Part shown: one piece after another, positions 48,705-52,045 of the stretch
How positions within the stretch are numbered: the stretch's first letter is position 1
How the letters are laid out: each line of letters opens with the position of its first letter
Assembly (NCBI GenBank): GCA_963796685.1
Contig: CAWCMR010000017.1
Span: forward strand, 1 to 52,045
Reading direction: 5' to 3'
DNA from: an uncultured delta proteobacterium
GTDB taxonomy: Bacteria > Myxococcota_A > Polyangia > Fen-1088
Length of the DNA: 52,045 nucleotides
Program-made: the position numbers and the translations under genes
The notes under the pieces: generated by a model
Told to the model about the DNA's origin: nothing
The model's database searches: none
Seen by the model: only the letters and a program-made list of their open reading frames with translations

Positions 48705-48758
48705 TCCTCATCCCCTCATCGCGATGCCCGAGGGCGACCTTGTGGTAGTGTGAGCGCG

Positions 48759-50201
48759 ATGCAAAAGAAGGCCGTGCTTGCTCTGCTCGTCGACGGTGCC
48801 CGGGCCGACGTGTTGGCGCGCATGGCGCAGGCCGGAGAGTTGCCTGCGCTGAAGGAACATTTCGTGGACCGCGGTGGGCTTGCCACGGCTACCTCCGTGT
48901 TCCCGACGGTCAGCGGGCCGGCCCACCTGCCCTTGTTGGCGGGGGTACATCCGGGCGCGGCGAACTTGCCCGGCATCCGCTGGGCCGAACGGCCGAGCGG
49001 TCGGCGGGGATGGTTCTTCGGCCGTACCCGTTCCTACATGGCTCCCTTTCGCGCCTGGAAGCTCGAACGCGATGTCCCCGCGCACATCACCACGCTCTTC
49101 GCGCACGTTCCGGCCATGGCCGACGTGAATACCTGGTTCGTGCGCGGCTGTCCGGGACCGGCTCGCCGCACGCGATGGTCCAAGCCGACGGCCTTTATGC
49201 GCAGCCTGGTCACGCGCAACTGGCACCGCTCGGAGGATCAGGCAGAAAAGGCGTTGCTGGGCGCCCTCGAACGAGGCTTTACCTCCGTGCACGCGGTCTT
49301 TCCCGCCATCGACGAGCTCGGCCACCGCTTCGGGCCGCTGTCCGAGCCCAGCTTCGAAGCCTACCGGCGCTTCGACCGGGCGTTGCGTAGGATCCTGGAG
49401 GCGCTTGCCCGGCGCAAGCAGCTCGATGAAACCTTGATCGTGATTTCCTCGGACCATGGCCAGACAGCGACCCACACCCACATCGACATCGACAAGGTGG
49501 TGTCGAGGGTCTACCCCAAGACCGTGTGCTATCCCAAGATCTGGCGGCACGCCTTCTCGGCCGAGGCCGCGGTCATGGTTTCGGGCAATTCCATGGCCAA
49601 CGTGTATGTCCAGGGTGCCGAGGGCTGGCAGGCGCGTCCGGATTTCGATGCGCCGTCCTCGCGGGCCGCGCAGCTCAAGGCGTGTCTGCTCGAGCACGAG
49701 GCCATCGAGCACGTCATCTATCGCGGGGCGGTGCCGGGCGTGTTCGTCGTCGCCAACCAGGAAGGCGCCTTGCGCGTGGAGCTCGTGGACGGCGAGGGCG
49801 CTGTCGGCCCGCGGCTGCGCCTTTCACGTGAAGGAAGAGATCCGCTGGGGTACGGCGCGCTTCCCGACCTTGCCGGGAGCAAGGAGATCGCGGAATGGTC
49901 TGCGGATTCGGCATATCCGGATGCGCCCTGGCAGATCGTCCGCTTCTTCGCCTCGCGCCGTGCAGGGGATCTGGTGGTGTGCGCGCGGCACGGGTTCGAT
50001 CTGCGTGCGAGCTTCGAGTACCAACCGCACAACGGTTCGCACGGCGGTCTACACCGCGATCACATGCTGGTCCCGGCCTTGACCAACGGTCGCTGGGCGA
50101 AGGGCCGCATGCGCACCGTGGATTTGTTTCCATCCATGTTGGCGGCGCTCGGCAAACCGCTTCCGCCCGGCATCGACGGCGAGCCGGTGGCCATAGAGTA
50201 G
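48759..50201 (+). CDS. Alkaline phosphatase superfamily phosphodiesterase/nucleotide pyrophosphatase
   Basis: LLVDGAR, SVFPTVS, DELGH, SDHG, GSHGG metal-site motifs; no signal peptide. Confidence 0.85.
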   Translation: MQKKAVLALLVDGARADVLARMAQAGELPALKEHFVDRGGLATATSVFPTVSGPAHLPLLAGVHPGAANLPGIRWAERPSGRRGWFFGRTRSYMAPFRAWKLERDVPAHITTLFAHVPAMADVNTWFVRGCPGPARRTRWSKPTAFMRSLVTRNWHRSEDQAEKALLGALERGFTSVHAVFPAIDELGHRFGPLSEPSFEAYRRFDRALRRILEALARRKQLDETLIVISSDHGQTATHTHIDIDKVVSRVYPKTVCYPKIWRHAFSAEAAVMVSGNSMANVYVQGAEGWQARPDFDAPSSRAAQLKACLLEHEAIEHVIYRGAVPGVFVVANQEGALRVELVDGEGAVGPRLRLSREGRDPLGYGALPDLAGSKEIAEWSADSAYPDAPWQIVRFFASRRAGDLVVCARHGFDLRASFEYQPHNGSHGGLHRDHMLVPALTNGRWAKGRMRTVDLFPSMLAALGKPLPPGIDGEPVAIE

Positions 50202-50205
50202 TCGC

Positions 50206-51786
50206 TCACCGAGCCTTGGCGGAGGCGATCCCCTCGCATCCGCGCCGGCGGAAAATCCGCACCGTCCCGACCGTGTCGACCACGTCGTAGTGGGCTTTCA
50301 AGTAGTCCATCATGCGCGGGAAATGCTCGATGGGGAAAGCCTTCCAGTTGGGGAAGGTGTGCGAGCCGTCGAGGATGTAGGTCGCCCGGCTGCGTTCGAG
50401 ATCGCCCATGAGCTGGTCCCAGTGGTCGGGCCTGATGACGTCGCTGGCTTTGACCCGTCCCGACCGAATGGCCCAGTTACCCGGGACGTAGCCGCAAATG
50501 GTGGCGTAGGGACCGACGAAGCGGCTGGCCAGGGCCAGGTCGGCGGGGTAGACGAACATGGCCCCCGGCCCCCAGGTGAACATGGACGCACCCTCGTGGC
50601 ATGCGTCCGCGTGCAGAACCTCGGCGACTCTGCGGTACTCCGGGTTGTGCTCTTCCCACGGGAATGGGTGTCCGCTGAGATAGAGGATTCCATTGGCCAC
50701 GCTGAAACAGAACCAGCTTGCCAGGGCGTAGGCGAGGGTCAGCTTGGCCCAGCGGCCGAGGGGGGGCGCGAGCAGGGCCGAGAGAACCGGGCCCGCGCCC
50801 AGTGCCAGCGGCGTGTAGAGCGGGACGAAGTAGTGCGGATACATGCGGAAGCCGACGAAGACGATCGGGAAGGTGCAGACCAGGACGGCGGTGATGAAGA
50901 CCCACTGGTAGCGCGGCAGACGCGAGCGCGAGCGGAGGGCCAGCACCCACAGCCCGATGGTCGCGGCGATGAAGGGCAGGAAGTACTTCGCGATCCGTTT
51001 GAGGATCTCGCCCGTCTCCATGGGTTGCTGGGCGTAGCTGAAGTTGTAGAGCACGGTCCAGTAAAGGAAGGGCTGCGCGTCGCCGAGCGCGACGAAGACG
51101 GCATAGGTCGCGGCGAGCGGAACCAGCAGGCCCAGAGTGAGCGCCAGAAGCGATGCGGCTACCCTCCGCGGCGCCGGTCGGTTGGCCAGGACGGCCGCCA
51201 GCCCCAACGCCGGAAACCAAGCCAGCGCCTGCTGCTTGAACAGCGTGGCGATGCCGAGCAAAGCCCCGCTGAAGAACAACCAGGCCAGCTTTCGCGCGCG
51301 CGCTTCGTCTGCGAGCACGGCCACGGCCCAGGTGGCGGGCAGGAGCATGAGCATTTCGCAGTTCACGGAGTGCATGTCGTGCGCGAGATAAGCCGCGCCG
51401 AAAACCAGAAAGGCCATGCCCGCCAGCGCGCCACGACGGTCGTGGGCAAAAAAGGCCGAGACGCCGAGGGCGGTGAGGGGAATGGTGGCCACCACGGACA
51501 GCAAGTGGATGGCGAACATTCCGCGGCCGAACAGAAGCTGGGCAAAGGCGTAGTAGAGGTAGAGGAGCGGGGGCTTGTTGTCCACGAAACCGACGTACAG
51601 GTGCTTGCCGCGCAGAAGCTCCCACGAGCCCACGATGTGCATGGCCTCGTCGACGTCCAGGATGTCCACGCCCATCAGGAAGCCCCGGGTGACGAGGCTC
51701 GTCGCCACGAAGAGGAGAAACAGCGCCCATCCCGGGCGGCGATGGTAGAAGCTTCCGGCCTTCTGGCGAAACTCGCTGGGACGCAT
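50206..51786 (-). CDS. GT-C fold membrane glycosyltransferase (ArnT/PMT-like)
   Basis: DVDEAMH after TM1, LY...VDNKPP, LFKQ, YPHYF; about 11 TM plus soluble C-terminal domain. Confidence 0.82.
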   Translation of the reverse strand: MRPSEFRQKAGSFYHRRPGWALFLLFVATSLVTRGFLMGVDILDVDEAMHIVGSWELLRGKHLYVGFVDNKPPLLYLYYAFAQLLFGRGMFAIHLLSVVATIPLTALGVSAFFAHDRRGALAGMAFLVFGAAYLAHDMHSVNCEMLMLLPATWAVAVLADEARARKLAWLFFSGALLGIATLFKQQALAWFPALGLAAVLANRPAPRRVAASLLALTLGLLVPLAATYAVFVALGDAQPFLYWTVLYNFSYAQQPMETGEILKRIAKYFLPFIAATIGLWVLALRSRSRLPRYQWVFITAVLVCTFPIVFVGFRMYPHYFVPLYTPLALGAGPVLSALLAPPLGRWAKLTLAYALASWFCFSVANGILYLSGHPFPWEEHNPEYRRVAEVLHADACHEGASMFTWGPGAMFVYPADLALASRFVGPYATICGYVPGNWAIRSGRVKASDVIRPDHWDQLMGDLERSRATYILDGSHTFPNWKAFPIEHFPRMMDYLKAHYDVVDTVGTVRIFRRRGCEGIASAKAR

Positions 51787-51797
51787 CGGCTCTCCTG

Positions 51798-52024
51798 CTA
51801 GCCCGCGCTATTCACGAGTCGCGCCAACACGATATCCCGTGCGGGCTGGGCAAACGCGTGCGGAGCCTGCCGGCTTTGCCGGCAGCGAAGCGTCGCGGGA
51901 GGGTTTGGGAACCCTTCCAGGGTTCCCATGACAATAGTCTAGCCCGCCACTCTTCGGTCCACAGAAGACAGTCCGCTTGGGCATTTTCGTCGGCAATCCT
52001 TTCGTGGTGAATAATGCGGGCTAG
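51798..52024. mobile_element. Composite MITE-like element (copy 2, uninterrupted)
   Basis: Terminal inverted repeats ctagcccgcgctattcac / gtgaataatgcgggctag, internal gcgggctgg and ctagcccgc, central REP family A; homologous to 12633-12986. Confidence 0.75.
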
Positions 52025-52045
52025 CGGCCCGGCATCAAGACTGAC

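Noticed and set aside
49820-49835. parS-like cctttcacgtgaagga (also tgtttcacaggaacct at 36117)
   Set aside because: About four mismatches to consensus each; both overlap coding sequence or a start site

Overview
GC-rich bacterial chromosome segment. Gene content and style suggest Myxococcota/deltaproteobacteria (Pro-rich proteins, DUF4388/J-like, MshEN-only protein, T3SS-like export genes); this is inference. 1-11.2 kb is the S10-spc-alpha ribosomal cluster (rpsC end to rplQ, with secY, map, rpoA; adk and infA absent). It is followed directly by an orphan FliO-SctR/S/T/U (FliOPQR-FlhB-like) export-gate module whose FlhB/SctU lacks the NPTH autocleavage motif. Next come priA, a DUF4388/J-like gene, fmt, an alternative sigma-70, a methyltransferase-psd pair, glnA-glnB, pyrD-pyrK, a Zn-ribbon/Tudor-like/H1-like protein, CPBP and M16 proteases, yacG, tRNA-Pro(CGG), comEC, a lipoprotein/OmpA/TPR envelope cluster, an orphan DNA methyltransferase, an MshEN protein, an HhH-GPD glycosylase, parAB and a five-gene glycosylation cluster. 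Intergenic DNA carries several REP/MITE families, including a CTAG-bounded composite element present twice, one copy with a nested insertion. Three genes have single-base (+1) frameshifts, probably consensus errors. No CRISPR array, transposase or prophage gene was seen.
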